Below, in pieces: positions 41,995 through 51,281 of a stretch of 64,000 bases of DNA. The notes below the pieces were generated by a model. That model saw nothing but the letters and a program-made list of their open reading frames with translations. It did no database searches and had not been told where the DNA came from. Each line of letters begins with the position of its first letter. The stretch's first letter is position 1. The position numbers were made by a program, and so were the translations under genes. Location of the stretch: the NCBI GenBank assembly GCA_963749075.1, contig CAVVLJ010000016.1:1120001-1184000 (forward strand), read 5' to 3'. Source of the stretch: an uncultured Pseudomonadota bacterium. GTDB lineage: Bacteria; Pseudomonadota; Alphaproteobacteria; JACZXZ01.

Positions 41995-43433
41995 GCGATG
42001 CCACCATCCTCGTGGCGGACGACGATCGCGCCATCCGCACGGTGCTGAACCAGGCCCTGGGGCGTGCCGGCTACAGCGTGCGCACCACCGGGAACGCGGC
42101 CACGCTGTGGCGCTGGGTGTCGGACGGGGAGGGGGATCTCGTCATCACCGACGTGCTGATGCCGGACGAGAACGGCCTCGACCTCATCCCGCGCATCAAG
42201 AAGGTCCGCCCCGACCTGCGCATCATCGTGATGAGCGCGCAGAACAACCTTCTCACCGCCGTGAAGGCGACCGAGCGCGGCGCCTTCGAGTATCTGCCCA
42301 AGCCTTTCGACCTGCGCGAGCTCGTCGGCATGGTCGAGCGCGCCCTCACCAGCCGGCCCGCCAACGAGGACACCGCCTCGCCGCTCGACACCGAGGAGCA
42401 GCTTCCCCTCATCGGCCGCTCGGCGGCGATGCAGGAAATCTACCGCGTGCTCGCGCGCCTCATGGGCACGGACCTGACCGTGACGATCACCGGCGAGTCG
42501 GGCACCGGCAAGGAGCTCGTCGCGCGCGCGCTCCACGACTACGGCAAGCGCCGCGCCGGCCCCTTCGTCGCCATCAACATGGCGGCGATCCCGCGCGAGC
42601 TCATCGAGAGCGAGCTCTTCGGCCATGAGAAAGGCGCCTTCACCGGCGCCAACGCCCGCTACGCCGGCCGCTTCGAGCAGGCCGACCGCGGCACGCTCTT
42701 CCTCGACGAGATCGGCGACATGCCGCTCGAGGCCCAGACCCGGCTCCTGCGCGTGCTGCAGGCGGGCGAGTACACCACGGTCGGCGGCCGCACGCCCATC
42801 CGCGCCGACGTGCGCATCATCGCCGCCACCCACCGCGACCTGCGGCAATACATCCGCCAGGGCCTCTTCCGCGAGGACCTGTTCTACCGCCTGAACGTCG
42901 TGCCGATGAGGCTGCCCCCCTTGCGCGAGCGCAGCGAGGACATCCCGGCGCTCGCCCGCCACTTCCTCAACCGCGCCGCCCAGCAGGGCCTGCCCGCCAA
43001 GACCATCGACCAGGTCGCCATGGAGCGCTTGAAGCAGCACCGCTGGCCGGGCAACGTGCGCGAGCTCGAGAACCTCATCCAGCGGCTCGCAGCGCTCTAT
43101 GCCCAGGAGGTCATCGGGGTCGACGTGATCGAGGCCGAGCTCGCCGACGTGAGTCCGCACGCCGCGGGCGCCAAGGCGCCCGTCGACGACAGCTTAGGCA
43201 CCTCCGTAGAGCGCCACCTCAAGGATTATTTCGCGGCGCACAAGGACGGTCTCCCGGCGGCCGGGCTCTACGACCGCATCCTGAGGGAGGTCGAGCGGCC
43301 GCTGCTCTCCTTGAGCCTCGCGGCCACGCGCGGCAACCAGATCAAGGCGGCCCGGCTCTTGGGCCTCAACCGCAACACCCTGCGCAAGAAAATCCGCGAG
43401 TTGGACATCCAGGTTTTGCGCGGCGTAAAATAG
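41991..43433 (+). CDS. ntrC: sigma54-type response regulator NtrC
   Basis: REC; [14 protein letters not shown] intact, [16 protein letters not shown]; Fis [21 protein letters not shown]. Confidence 0.96.
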   Translation: MSDATILVADDDRAIRTVLNQALGRAGYSVRTTGNAATLWRWVSDGEGDLVITDVLMPDENGLDLIPRIKKVRPDLRIIVMSAQNNLLTAVKATERGAFEYLPKPFDLRELVGMVERALTSRPANEDTASPLDTEEQLPLIGRSAAMQEIYRVLARLMGTDLTVTITGESGTGKELVARALHDYGKRRAGPFVAINMAAIPRELIESELFGHEKGAFTGANARYAGRFEQADRGTLFLDEIGDMPLEAQTRLLRVLQAGEYTTVGGRTPIRADVRIIAATHRDLRQYIRQGLFREDLFYRLNVVPMRLPPLRERSEDIPALARHFLNRAAQQGLPAKTIDQVAMERLKQHRWPGNVRELENLIQRLAALYAQEVIGVDVIEAELADVSPHAAGAKAPVDDSLGTSVERHLKDYFAAHKDGLPAAGLYDRILREVERPLLSLSLAATRGNQIKAARLLGLNRNTLRKKIRELDIQVLRGVK

Positions 43434-43483
43434 CGCCTTTCCACGGATGAGGCGGACTCCCCCGCCTGGCCGGGATGCGGACC

Positions 43484-45811
43484 ATGACGGGCAGCAAGAG
43501 CGAGCGCAACGCCGCCAAGCCGATCGGCAAGTGGACGAGCTGGTTCGCCCGCAGCGGACTGCGGCGCACGCTTGCCATTGCGCTCGCCGCCTGTGCGGCA
43601 CTCTCCGGGCTCGCCACCTACGCGGCGTTGACCAAGGCGCTGCCGGTCGAGGTTTCGCCCAACCTCATTCTCGTCCTCCTCTACATCGACCTCATCTTTC
43701 TCCTCCTCCTCGTCGCGGTGGTGGCGCGGCGCATCACGATGATCTGGATGGAGCGGCGCCGCGGCTCGGCCGGCTCGCGGCTTCACGTCCGGCTCGTGGT
43801 GCTCTTCAGCCTGATCACGGTGGCGCCCACCATCATCGTCGCCGTCTTTTCCAGCTTCTTCTTCAACTTCGGCCTGCAATCGTGGTTCAGCGAGAAGGTG
43901 CGCACGGCGATCCAGGAGTCCGTGGCGGTGGCCAACGCCTATCTCGACGAGAACGTGCGCAACATCAAGGCCGACGCGACCTCGCTCGGCGCCCATCTGC
44001 AGGGCAGCCTCGCGCTGCTGGAGAGCGGCGATCCCCAGAAGATCGCCCAGTTCGAGCGCATCCTCAACGACGACGTCGACCAGCTCTCGCTCACCGAGGC
44101 GGTGATCTTCGACGATTCGTTCCGCGTGCTCGCGCGCGCGCGCCTGAGCTTCGACATGGAGCAGGAAGGCATTCCCGACCAGGCCCTGGACAAGGCGAAA
44201 AGCGGCGAAGTGGCGCTGCTCAGGAGCGAGGCGGACGACCGGGTGAGGGCGCTCCTGCGCATCGAGCCGCCGAGCGGCACCATCATGCCGAACCTCTATC
44301 TCTTCGTCGGCCGCTTCGTGGAGCCGGGCGTCCTCCAGCACGTCGAGCGCGCCCAGGCCGCGCTCAGCGATTACCGCGCGCTCGAGGTCGCGCGCGCCGA
44401 CATCGAGATCACCTTTGCCCTCATCTTCGGCGTCGTGGCGCTCCTGCTGCTGCTCGCCGCCGTGTGGGTCGGGCTCTATTTCGCGACCCAGCTCGTGCGC
44501 CCCATCTCGGTGCTGATCGCCGCTGCCGAGCGCGTGCGTGCGGGCGATCTCTCGGCGCGCGTGCCCGAGGCGGACGCCAAGGCGGACGAGATCGGCTCCT
44601 TGAGCCGCGCCTTCAACCGCATGACCGGCCAGCTCGAGGAGCAGCGCCGCGAGCTCGTCGAGGCCAACCGCCAGCTCGACGCGCGCCGCCGCTTCACCGA
44701 GGCGGTGCTCTCCGGCGTCTCCGCGGGCGTCATCGGCCTCGATCCGCGCGGCCGGGTCAACCTGCCGAACCGCTCGGCCTGCGAGCTGCTCTCGACGAAC
44801 GCCGAGCATCTCATCGGCCATCTCCTCGAGGAGGTGGTGCCCGAGGTGCAGGAGCTTCTGCGCGAGGCGCGCCGCCGCCCGCGGCAGCTCGTCGAGTCCG
44901 AGCTCAAGATCGCGCGCAAGGGCCGTACCCGCACGCTTCTGGTACGCATCGCGGCGGAGCGCGTCAATCGCGAGACCAAGGGCTTCGTCGTCACCTTCGA
45001 CGACATCTCCGAGCTCCTCGCCGCCCAGCGCACGGCCGCCTGGGGCGACGTGGCGCGGCGCATCGCGCACGAGATCAAGAACCCGTTGACGCCGATCCAG
45101 CTCTCGGCCGAGCGGCTCAAGCGCAAGTACCTCAAGGAGATCGTGAGCGACCCGGAGACCTTCCTCAACTGCACCGAGACGATCGTGCGCCAGGTCGGCG
45201 ACATCGGCCGCATGGTCGACGAATTCTCCGCCTTCGCGCGCATGCCGGCGCCCGTCATGCGCGAGGAGGATCTGGTCGAGCTCTGCCGGCAGGCGCTGTT
45301 CCTCCAACGCCAGGGCAATCCCGACATCGCCTACGAGAGCGTGCTGCCGGAAGGCCCGCTCCGCTTTCGCTGCGACGCGCGGCAGCTCGGCCAGGCGCTG
45401 ACCAACCTTCTCAAGAACGCCGCGGAGTCGATTCACGCCGAGCCCGCGCGGCCGGAGGACGGCCCGGCGCAGCGCGGCACGATCGCGCTGCGCCTCGCCA
45501 CGGGCGAGGGCTACGCCGAGGTCGCCGTCGAGGACAACGGCAAGGGCCTGCCGGCGGCCGACCGGGAGCGGCTGACGGAGCCCTACGTGACGACGCGCGA
45601 GAAGGGCACGGGCCTGGGGCTCGCCATCGTGCGCAAGATCATGGAAGATCATCACGGCGACCTGGTGCTCGGCGATCGCGAAGGCGGCGGGGCGCGCGTG
45701 GTGCTGCGCTTCGCACTTGCCGAGCCGCCGCCCGCCGAGGACGAGGAAGAGAAGGGGACGGAGAGCAGCGCGCCGTCCAGCGTCGAACCGGCAACCGCCC
45801 ATGGCTCATGA
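43484..45811 (+). CDS. ntrY: sensor histidine kinase NtrY
   Basis: TMs, GSRLH.RLV.LF, HAMP DEIG.L.RAFN.M, PAS, AWGDVARRIAHEIKNPLTPIQLSAERL, EPYVTTREKGTGLGL. Confidence 0.95.
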   Translation: MTGSKSERNAAKPIGKWTSWFARSGLRRTLAIALAACAALSGLATYAALTKALPVEVSPNLILVLLYIDLIFLLLLVAVVARRITMIWMERRRGSAGSRLHVRLVVLFSLITVAPTIIVAVFSSFFFNFGLQSWFSEKVRTAIQESVAVANAYLDENVRNIKADATSLGAHLQGSLALLESGDPQKIAQFERILNDDVDQLSLTEAVIFDDSFRVLARARLSFDMEQEGIPDQALDKAKSGEVALLRSEADDRVRALLRIEPPSGTIMPNLYLFVGRFVEPGVLQHVERAQAALSDYRALEVARADIEITFALIFGVVALLLLLAAVWVGLYFATQLVRPISVLIAAAERVRAGDLSARVPEADAKADEIGSLSRAFNRMTGQLEEQRRELVEANRQLDARRRFTEAVLSGVSAGVIGLDPRGRVNLPNRSACELLSTNAEHLIGHLLEEVVPEVQELLREARRRPRQLVESELKIARKGRTRTLLVRIAAERVNRETKGFVVTFDDISELLAAQRTAAWGDVARRIAHEIKNPLTPIQLSAERLKRKYLKEIVSDPETFLNCTETIVRQVGDIGRMVDEFSAFARMPAPVMREEDLVELCRQALFLQRQGNPDIAYESVLPEGPLRFRCDARQLGQALTNLLKNAAESIHAEPARPEDGPAQRGTIALRLATGEGYAEVAVEDNGKGLPAADRERLTEPYVTTREKGTGLGLAIVRKIMEDHHGDLVLGDREGGGARVVLRFALAEPPPAEDEEEKGTESSAPSSVEPATAHGS

Positions 45812-47204
45812 CATCCTGATCGTCGACGACGAGGCGGACATCCGCCTGCTCATCGCGGAAATCCTGCGCGACGAAGGCTACGACACGCGCGAGGCGGTCA
45901 ACAGCACCGAGGCCTTCGCGGCCATGAAGGCGCGCCGCCCGAGCCTCGTCGTGCTCGACATCTGGCTGCAGGGCAGCGAGCTCGACGGCCTCGGCATTCT
46001 CGAGGTGGTGCGCGAGAGCCATCCCAGCGTTCCGGTGCTGATGATCTCGGGGCACGGCACGATCGAGACCGCGGTCAATGCCATCAAGCGCGGCGCCTAC
46101 GACTTCATCGAGAAGCCCTTCAAGACCGACCGGCTCCTGCTCATGGTCGAGCGCGCCATCGAGGCGGCGCGGCTTAAGCGCGAGAACGAGGAGCTGCGCG
46201 TGCGCGCGGGCGGCGAGGTCGAGCTGATCGGCCGCTCGCCGGTGGTGAGCCAGCTCCGCCAGTCGATCGACAAGGTGGCGCCGACGGGGAGCCGCGTGCT
46301 CATCACCGGCCCGGCGGGCTCGGGCAAGGAGGTGGTGGCGCGCCTCATCCACGCGAGCTCGCGGCGCTCGGAGGGGCCGTTCATCGTGCTCAACTGTGCC
46401 ACCATGCGGCCCGAGAACCTCGAGAGCGAGCTCTTCGGCGTCGACGGCGGCGGCAAGGAGGGCGGCGTCGGCAAGGTCGGCACGCTCGAGCAGGCGCACA
46501 ACGGCACGCTCCTCCTCGACGAGGTCGCCGACATGCCGCTCGAGACCCAGGGCAAGATCGTGCGCGCGCTGCAGGAGCAGACCTTCGAGCGCGTCGGCGG
46601 CAAGACCCGCGTCAAGGTCGACGTGCGCGTCATCGCCTCGACCAACCGCGATCTGCGCGAGGAGATCGTCGCCGCGCGCTTCCGCGAGGATCTCTATTAC
46701 CGGCTCAACGTGGTGCCGCTCCGCGTGCCGGCGCTGCGCGAGCGGCGCGAGGACATTCCGTTGCTCGCGCGCGCCTTCATGACGCGCTACGCGAGCGCCT
46801 CCGGCCTCTCGGAGCGGCAGATCGGCGAGGACGCCATGGCGGCGCTGCAGTCCTACGACTGGCCCGGCAGCGTGCGCCAGCTGCGCAACGTCATCGAGTG
46901 GCTGCTCATCATGGCGCCGGGCGAGGCGCGCGATCCCATCCACGCCGACATGCTGCCGCCCGAGATCGGCGCCATCGCACCTCCCGTGCTCAAGTGGGAC
47001 CGCGCCGGCGAGATCATGGCGCTGCCCTTGCGCGACGCGCGCGAGCTCTTCGAGCGGCAGTATCTCCTCGCCCAGGTGACGCGCTTCGGCGGCAACATCT
47101 CGCGCACGGCGGCCTTCATCGGCATGGAGCGCTCCGCCCTCCATCGCAAGCTCAAGACGCTCGGCGTGCATACGAGCGACAAGGGACCGGCCTATGACGC
47201 TTAA
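45801..47204 (+). CDS. ntrX: response regulator NtrX
   Basis: [39 protein letters not shown], no GAFTGA loop, [12 protein letters not shown]. Confidence 0.95.
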   Translation: MAHDILIVDDEADIRLLIAEILRDEGYDTREAVNSTEAFAAMKARRPSLVVLDIWLQGSELDGLGILEVVRESHPSVPVLMISGHGTIETAVNAIKRGAYDFIEKPFKTDRLLLMVERAIEAARLKRENEELRVRAGGEVELIGRSPVVSQLRQSIDKVAPTGSRVLITGPAGSGKEVVARLIHASSRRSEGPFIVLNCATMRPENLESELFGVDGGGKEGGVGKVGTLEQAHNGTLLLDEVADMPLETQGKIVRALQEQTFERVGGKTRVKVDVRVIASTNRDLREEIVAARFREDLYYRLNVVPLRVPALRERREDIPLLARAFMTRYASASGLSERQIGEDAMAALQSYDWPGSVRQLRNVIEWLLIMAPGEARDPIHADMLPPEIGAIAPPVLKWDRAGEIMALPLRDARELFERQYLLAQVTRFGGNISRTAAFIGMERSALHRKLKTLGVHTSDKGPAYDA

Positions 47205-47206
47205 GC

Positions 47207-47300
47207 CGGACGACGGACGGCGGACGACGGAGGACAGACGCTTCCGGTTCGCCAATCGAATTCCGTCTTCTGTCGTCCGTCGTCCGTCGTCCGCCGTCTG
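47207..47300. repeat. two inverted arrays of a 7-bp unit (CGGACGA / TCGTCCG) forming a long hairpin
   Basis: CGGACGA CGGACGG CGGACGA CGGAGGA CAGA ... TCTG TCGTCCG TCGTCCG TCGTCCG CCGTCTG; fills the whole ntrX-dat spacer. Confidence 0.85.
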
Positions 47301-48164
47301 ATGTCCCGCCTCGCCTACGTCAACGGGCGCTACCTGCCGCACCGGGCGGCGGCGGTCCACATCGAGGACCGCGGCTACCAGTTCGCCGACGGCGTCTACG
47401 AGGTGATCGCGGTCGAGGGCGGACGGCTCGTCGACGAGGAGCCGCATCTCGAGCGCCTGGCGCGCTCGCTGGGCGAGCTCAGTATCCGTCCGCCGATGCC
47501 GCCCGCGGCCCTCAAGTCGGTGATGCGCGAGGTGCTGCGCCGCAACCGCGTGCGGAACGGCAGCATCTACATCCAGATGACGCGCGGGGTGGCGCCGCGC
47601 GACCATCCCTTCCCGGCGGCGAGCGAGACCTCGGTCGTGATGACGGCCAAGCGCCTCCGCCGGCAGCCGCGGCACGCGGTCGAGGACGGCATCCGAGTCA
47701 TCACGCTGCCGGACAACCGCTGGGCGCGCTGCGACATCAAGTCGGTGAGCCTGTTGCCGAACGTGCTCGCCAAGCAGCGCGCGCGCGAGGCGGGGGCCTA
47801 CGAGGCGTGGTTCGTCGATGCCGCAGGCCTCGTCACCGAGGGCAGCTCGACCAACGCCTGGATCGTCACCAAGGACGGCAAGCTCGTCACGCGCTCGGCC
47901 AACCATGCCATCCTCAACGGCATCACGCGGCAATCGACCATCAGGCTCGCCCACGAGAACGGCCTTCTCCTGGAACAGCGCGCCTTCAGCGTGGCCGAGG
48001 CCCAGGCCGCGCGCGAAGCCTTCCTCACCAGCACCACCTCCCTCGTGCTGCCGGTGACCGAGATCGACGGCAAGGCGATCGGCAACGGCAAGGCCGGCTC
48101 CTTCGCCCTCAAGTTGCGCGCCATCTATCTCGACTACGCGGGCGGTGCGGGGGCGCGCGCGTGA
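47301..48164 (+). CDS. dat: D-amino acid aminotransferase (class IV PLP)
   Basis: YVNG.Y, EDRGYQFADGVYEV, RW.RCDIKSV.LLPNVL, TEGSSTN, IL.GITR, EAFLTST. Confidence 0.9.
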   Translation: MSRLAYVNGRYLPHRAAAVHIEDRGYQFADGVYEVIAVEGGRLVDEEPHLERLARSLGELSIRPPMPPAALKSVMREVLRRNRVRNGSIYIQMTRGVAPRDHPFPAASETSVVMTAKRLRRQPRHAVEDGIRVITLPDNRWARCDIKSVSLLPNVLAKQRAREAGAYEAWFVDAAGLVTEGSSTNAWIVTKDGKLVTRSANHAILNGITRQSTIRLAHENGLLLEQRAFSVAEAQAAREAFLTSTTSLVLPVTEIDGKAIGNGKAGSFALKLRAIYLDYAGGAGARA

Positions 48165-48856
48165 GCGGCACGGGCGGGCTCGAGGGGCGCGCGGCGATTC
48201 CCTTGCCGCGCGCGCTGCTCTTCGATTGGGACAGCACCCTCGTCGACAACTGGCGCAGCATCGAGGAGGCGCTCAACGTCACCCTCGTGGCCATGGGACA
48301 GCGGCCCTGGACGGCGGAGGAGACGCGCGCGCGGGTGCGCGCCTCGCTCCGCGAGAGCTTTCCCGAGCTCTTCGGCGAGCGCTGGGTCGAGGCGCGGCAA
48401 ATTTTCTACGAGGCCATCACCGAGCGGCATTTGACGCACCTCGCCCCGCTGCCCGGTGCCGAGGAGATGCTCGCCGAGCTCCACGGGCGCGGCCACTATC
48501 TCGGCATCGTGAGCAACAAGACCGGAGCGCTCCTGCGCAAGGAGGCGGCGCATCTCGGCTGGGAGCGCTACTTCGGCCGCCTGATCGGGGGAGGGGACGC
48601 CGAGCGCGACAAGCCCGATGCGGCGCCGGTGGCGCTGGCACTCGCGGGCAGCGGCATCGCCCCGGGCGCCGAGGTGTGGCTCGTCGGCGATACGGCGCTC
48701 GACATGCTCTGCGCGCGCAATGCCGGCTGCGTCGCCGTGCTCATCGCAGGCGCCGGCCAGGGGCGCGACGACTTCTCGGCGGCCCCCCCGGCGCGCCAGG
48801 TCCCCGACTGCTTTTCGCTGGGCGCCCTTGTCCGCGAACTCGCCGAGCCCATATAA
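48161..48856 (+). CDS. HAD-superfamily hydrolase (phosphoglycolate phosphatase-like)
   Basis: LFDWDSTLVD, VSNK, KPD, VGDT..D; GTG overlaps the dat stop. Confidence 0.88.
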   Translation: MSGTGGLEGRAAIPLPRALLFDWDSTLVDNWRSIEEALNVTLVAMGQRPWTAEETRARVRASLRESFPELFGERWVEARQIFYEAITERHLTHLAPLPGAEEMLAELHGRGHYLGIVSNKTGALLRKEAAHLGWERYFGRLIGGGDAERDKPDAAPVALALAGSGIAPGAEVWLVGDTALDMLCARNAGCVAVLIAGAGQGRDDFSAAPPARQVPDCFSLGALVRELAEPI

Positions 48857-48937
48857 GGCTGGTCGCACTCCGGGACGGCCGTTCGCCGGTCGTTCCGAGG
48901 GATAGCCGCATGGTCAAATATAAGAGGGGATCGATCC

Positions 48938-49189
48938 ATGTCCTCCGAGAAGACGCAAAACTTGCAGGATGTATTCCTGAATCACATACGGAAAAATAAG
49001 ACGCCGGTTACGATATTTCTTGTCAATGGCGTGAAATTGCAAGGAATCGTGACTTGGTTCGACAACTTCTCTGTTCTCCTCCGGCGTGATCACCATTCGC
49101 AGCTCGTTTACAAGCATGCGATCTCCACTGTGATGCCGACGGGCCCGATTCAGCTCTTCGAGCAGGACAAGGAGGTCGCCGAGGCGTGA
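48938..49189 (+). CDS. hfq: RNA chaperone Hfq
   Basis: [38 protein letters not shown]. Confidence 0.98.
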   Translation: MSSEKTQNLQDVFLNHIRKNKTPVTIFLVNGVKLQGIVTWFDNFSVLLRRDHHSQLVYKHAISTVMPTGPIQLFEQDKEVAEA

Positions 49190-49190
49190 T

Positions 49191-50516
49191 TTGCCGCCGC
49201 TAGAGCGCATGGAGGCCGCGCGCGGCGAGGGCGGGGCGACAGTTCACGCTCTTGTGATCCATCCGGCTCCCAAGTCCCACGCGAGCAACGGCAGGACTCC
49301 CGAGGCGCGGCTCGAGGAGGCGGTGGCGCTTGCCCGCGCCATCGGCCTTGCCGTCGTTCATGCCGAGGTGGTGCGCATCGCCGAGCGCCGCCCGGCGAGC
49401 CTTTTCGGCAAGGGGACCGTAGCCCGCCTCGGCGAGCGCGTGGCCGCGGAGGAGGCCGCCGTCGTGGTGGTCAACGGCGCGCTCAGCCCGGTGCAGCAGC
49501 GCAATCTCGAGCGGGCGTGGAAGTGCAAGGTCATCGACCGCACGGCGCTCATCCTCGAGATTTTCGGCGAGCGGGCGCGCACGCGCGAGGGCCGCCTCCA
49601 GGTCGAGCTCGCCCATCTCTCCTACCAGAGGAGCCGCCTGGTGCGCAGCTGGACGCATCTCGAGCGCCAGCGCGGCGGCTTCGGCTTCCTCGGCGGGCCG
49701 GGCGAGAGCCAGATCGAGCTCGACCGCCGTCTCATCGGCGAGCGCATCATCAAGATCAAGCGCGAGCTCGAAAGCGTCGTCAGGCGGCGCGAGCTGCAGC
49801 GCGCCGCGCGCCGGCGCGTGCCCTATCCGGTGGTGGCGCTCGTCGGCTACACCAATGCCGGCAAGTCGACGCTCTTCAACCGCCTGACCAACGCCGCGGT
49901 GCTGGCGGAAGACCTCCTCTTCGCGACCCTCGATCCGACCATGCGCTCGCTCGAGCTGCCCTCGGGCCGCAGCGTCATCCTCTCCGACACGGTCGGCTTC
50001 ATCTCGGAGCTGCCGGTCGAGCTCGTCGCCGCCTTCCGCGCCACCCTCGAGGAGGTGCGCGAGGCCGATACGATCGTGCACGTGCGCGATGCGGCACACC
50101 CCGAGAGCGAGGCGCAGAAGGAGGACGTCCACACCGTGCTGAAGGCACTCGGCCTCGGCAGCGCGGTCGACGAAGGGCTCATCGAGGTGCTCAACAAGAT
50201 CGATTGCCTCTCGCGCGAGGAGCTGCAGCGCCTGCGCGAGGTTGCCCTGCGCAGCAACCGCAGCGTGATCCCGCTCTCCGCACTCAGCGGCGAGGGCTGC
50301 GACGCGCTCCTTCGCGTCCTCGACGAGCGGCTCGCAGAGGGGCGCGGCATCGTGGCCCTCGAGGTGCCGCTTGCCGACGGCGCCACGCTCGCCTGGCTCT
50401 ACCGGCGCGGCGAGGTGCTGAGCCGCACCGACGACGAGGCGCACGCCCATCTCACCGTGCGGCTCGAGCCCGCCGACCAGGCCCGGCTCGCGCACCGGGG
50501 CGTGCGCGCGATCTGA
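49191..50516 (+). CDS. hflX: GTPase HflX (start 49191 TTG or 49209 ATG)
   Basis: LSPVQQRNLE, DRT.LILEIF, HLERQRGG, GYTNAGKS, LFATLDPT, DTVGF, NKID. Confidence 0.96.
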   Translation: MPPLERMEAARGEGGATVHALVIHPAPKSHASNGRTPEARLEEAVALARAIGLAVVHAEVVRIAERRPASLFGKGTVARLGERVAAEEAAVVVVNGALSPVQQRNLERAWKCKVIDRTALILEIFGERARTREGRLQVELAHLSYQRSRLVRSWTHLERQRGGFGFLGGPGESQIELDRRLIGERIIKIKRELESVVRRRELQRAARRRVPYPVVALVGYTNAGKSTLFNRLTNAAVLAEDLLFATLDPTMRSLELPSGRSVILSDTVGFISELPVELVAAFRATLEEVREADTIVHVRDAAHPESEAQKEDVHTVLKALGLGSAVDEGLIEVLNKIDCLSREELQRLREVALRSNRSVIPLSALSGEGCDALLRVLDERLAEGRGIVALEVPLADGATLAWLYRRGEVLSRTDDEAHAHLTVRLEPADQARLAHRGVRAI

Positions 50517-50540
50517 GCGGCCGCCCGGCCGCCCGCCGGC

Positions 50541-51281
50541 TCAGCCGCCGTCCTCCTTCGCGCATTGCACGAGCGCCGCGATGCGGCGGAGCTCCGCGTC
50601 CGCCCCGCCCGCGGCTGCCGCGGCCGAGCGGAATGCTATGCCGTGGGCGGCGAGGAAACGCTTGATGTCGCCGGCGGGCACCGCGACGCTCTCGTCGGGC
50701 CGGGCGACGAATTGGCCGATGATCATGCCTCGGAGGATGCCCGCCTCGTCGAGGACGGGTCCGCCGCTGTTGCCCTCGCGGAGGCTCGCCTCGATCACCA
50801 GCACGCGGCGGCCCGACGGCACGGCCGCCATGCCGACCACGGTGCCCTCCGTCAGCACCGCCGCCTCGGGATTGTCGGGGACCAGGCCGTAACCGATGAC
50901 CGTCACGGAGCTGCCGGTGGGCAACGCCGGGCGGCGGGGGAGTAGGGCCGCCGCCGCGCGCGCGCCGGACGTGCTGAGAAGCGCCAGGTCGCGCGCCGCG
51001 TCGAGTGCTACGAGCTTGGCGTCCTGCGGCGGCCGCTGCGGCTGCCAGAGCGAGATGCGGCGGCACGCGGCCACCACATGCGCGCTCGTCAGGAGATAGC
51101 CGGCACTCGACACGAAGAAGGCGGTGCCGCTGCGCACGAGGGGCGCCGACGGCGTGGTCCCGGCGGCAAGCGCGCTTGCGAGGGTGCTCGACAGAAGCCA
51201 AAGAGCAAGCACGGCCCGGGCGTGCGCGGCCCGCCGGCGCCAGGCTGCCGCACGCCCCGCGGCCGCCGCGGCGCTCCTCAC
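50541..51281 (-). CDS. exported trypsin-like serine protease, 246 aa
   Basis: GTG overlaps the kinase stop; Arg-rich n-region plus hydrophobic signal ending ALA; SGTAFFV, LLTSAHVV (His), DLALL (Asp), GNSGGP (Ser). Confidence 0.85.
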   Translation of the reverse strand: MRSAAAAAGRAAAWRRRAAHARAVLALWLLSSTLASALAAGTTPSAPLVRSGTAFFVSSAGYLLTSAHVVAACRRISLWQPQRPPQDAKLVALDAARDLALLSTSGARAAAALLPRRPALPTGSSVTVIGYGLVPDNPEAAVLTEGTVVGMAAVPSGRRVLVIEASLREGNSGGPVLDEAGILRGMIIGQFVARPDESVAVPAGDIKRFLAAHGIAFRSAAAAAGGADAELRRIAALVQCAKEDGG

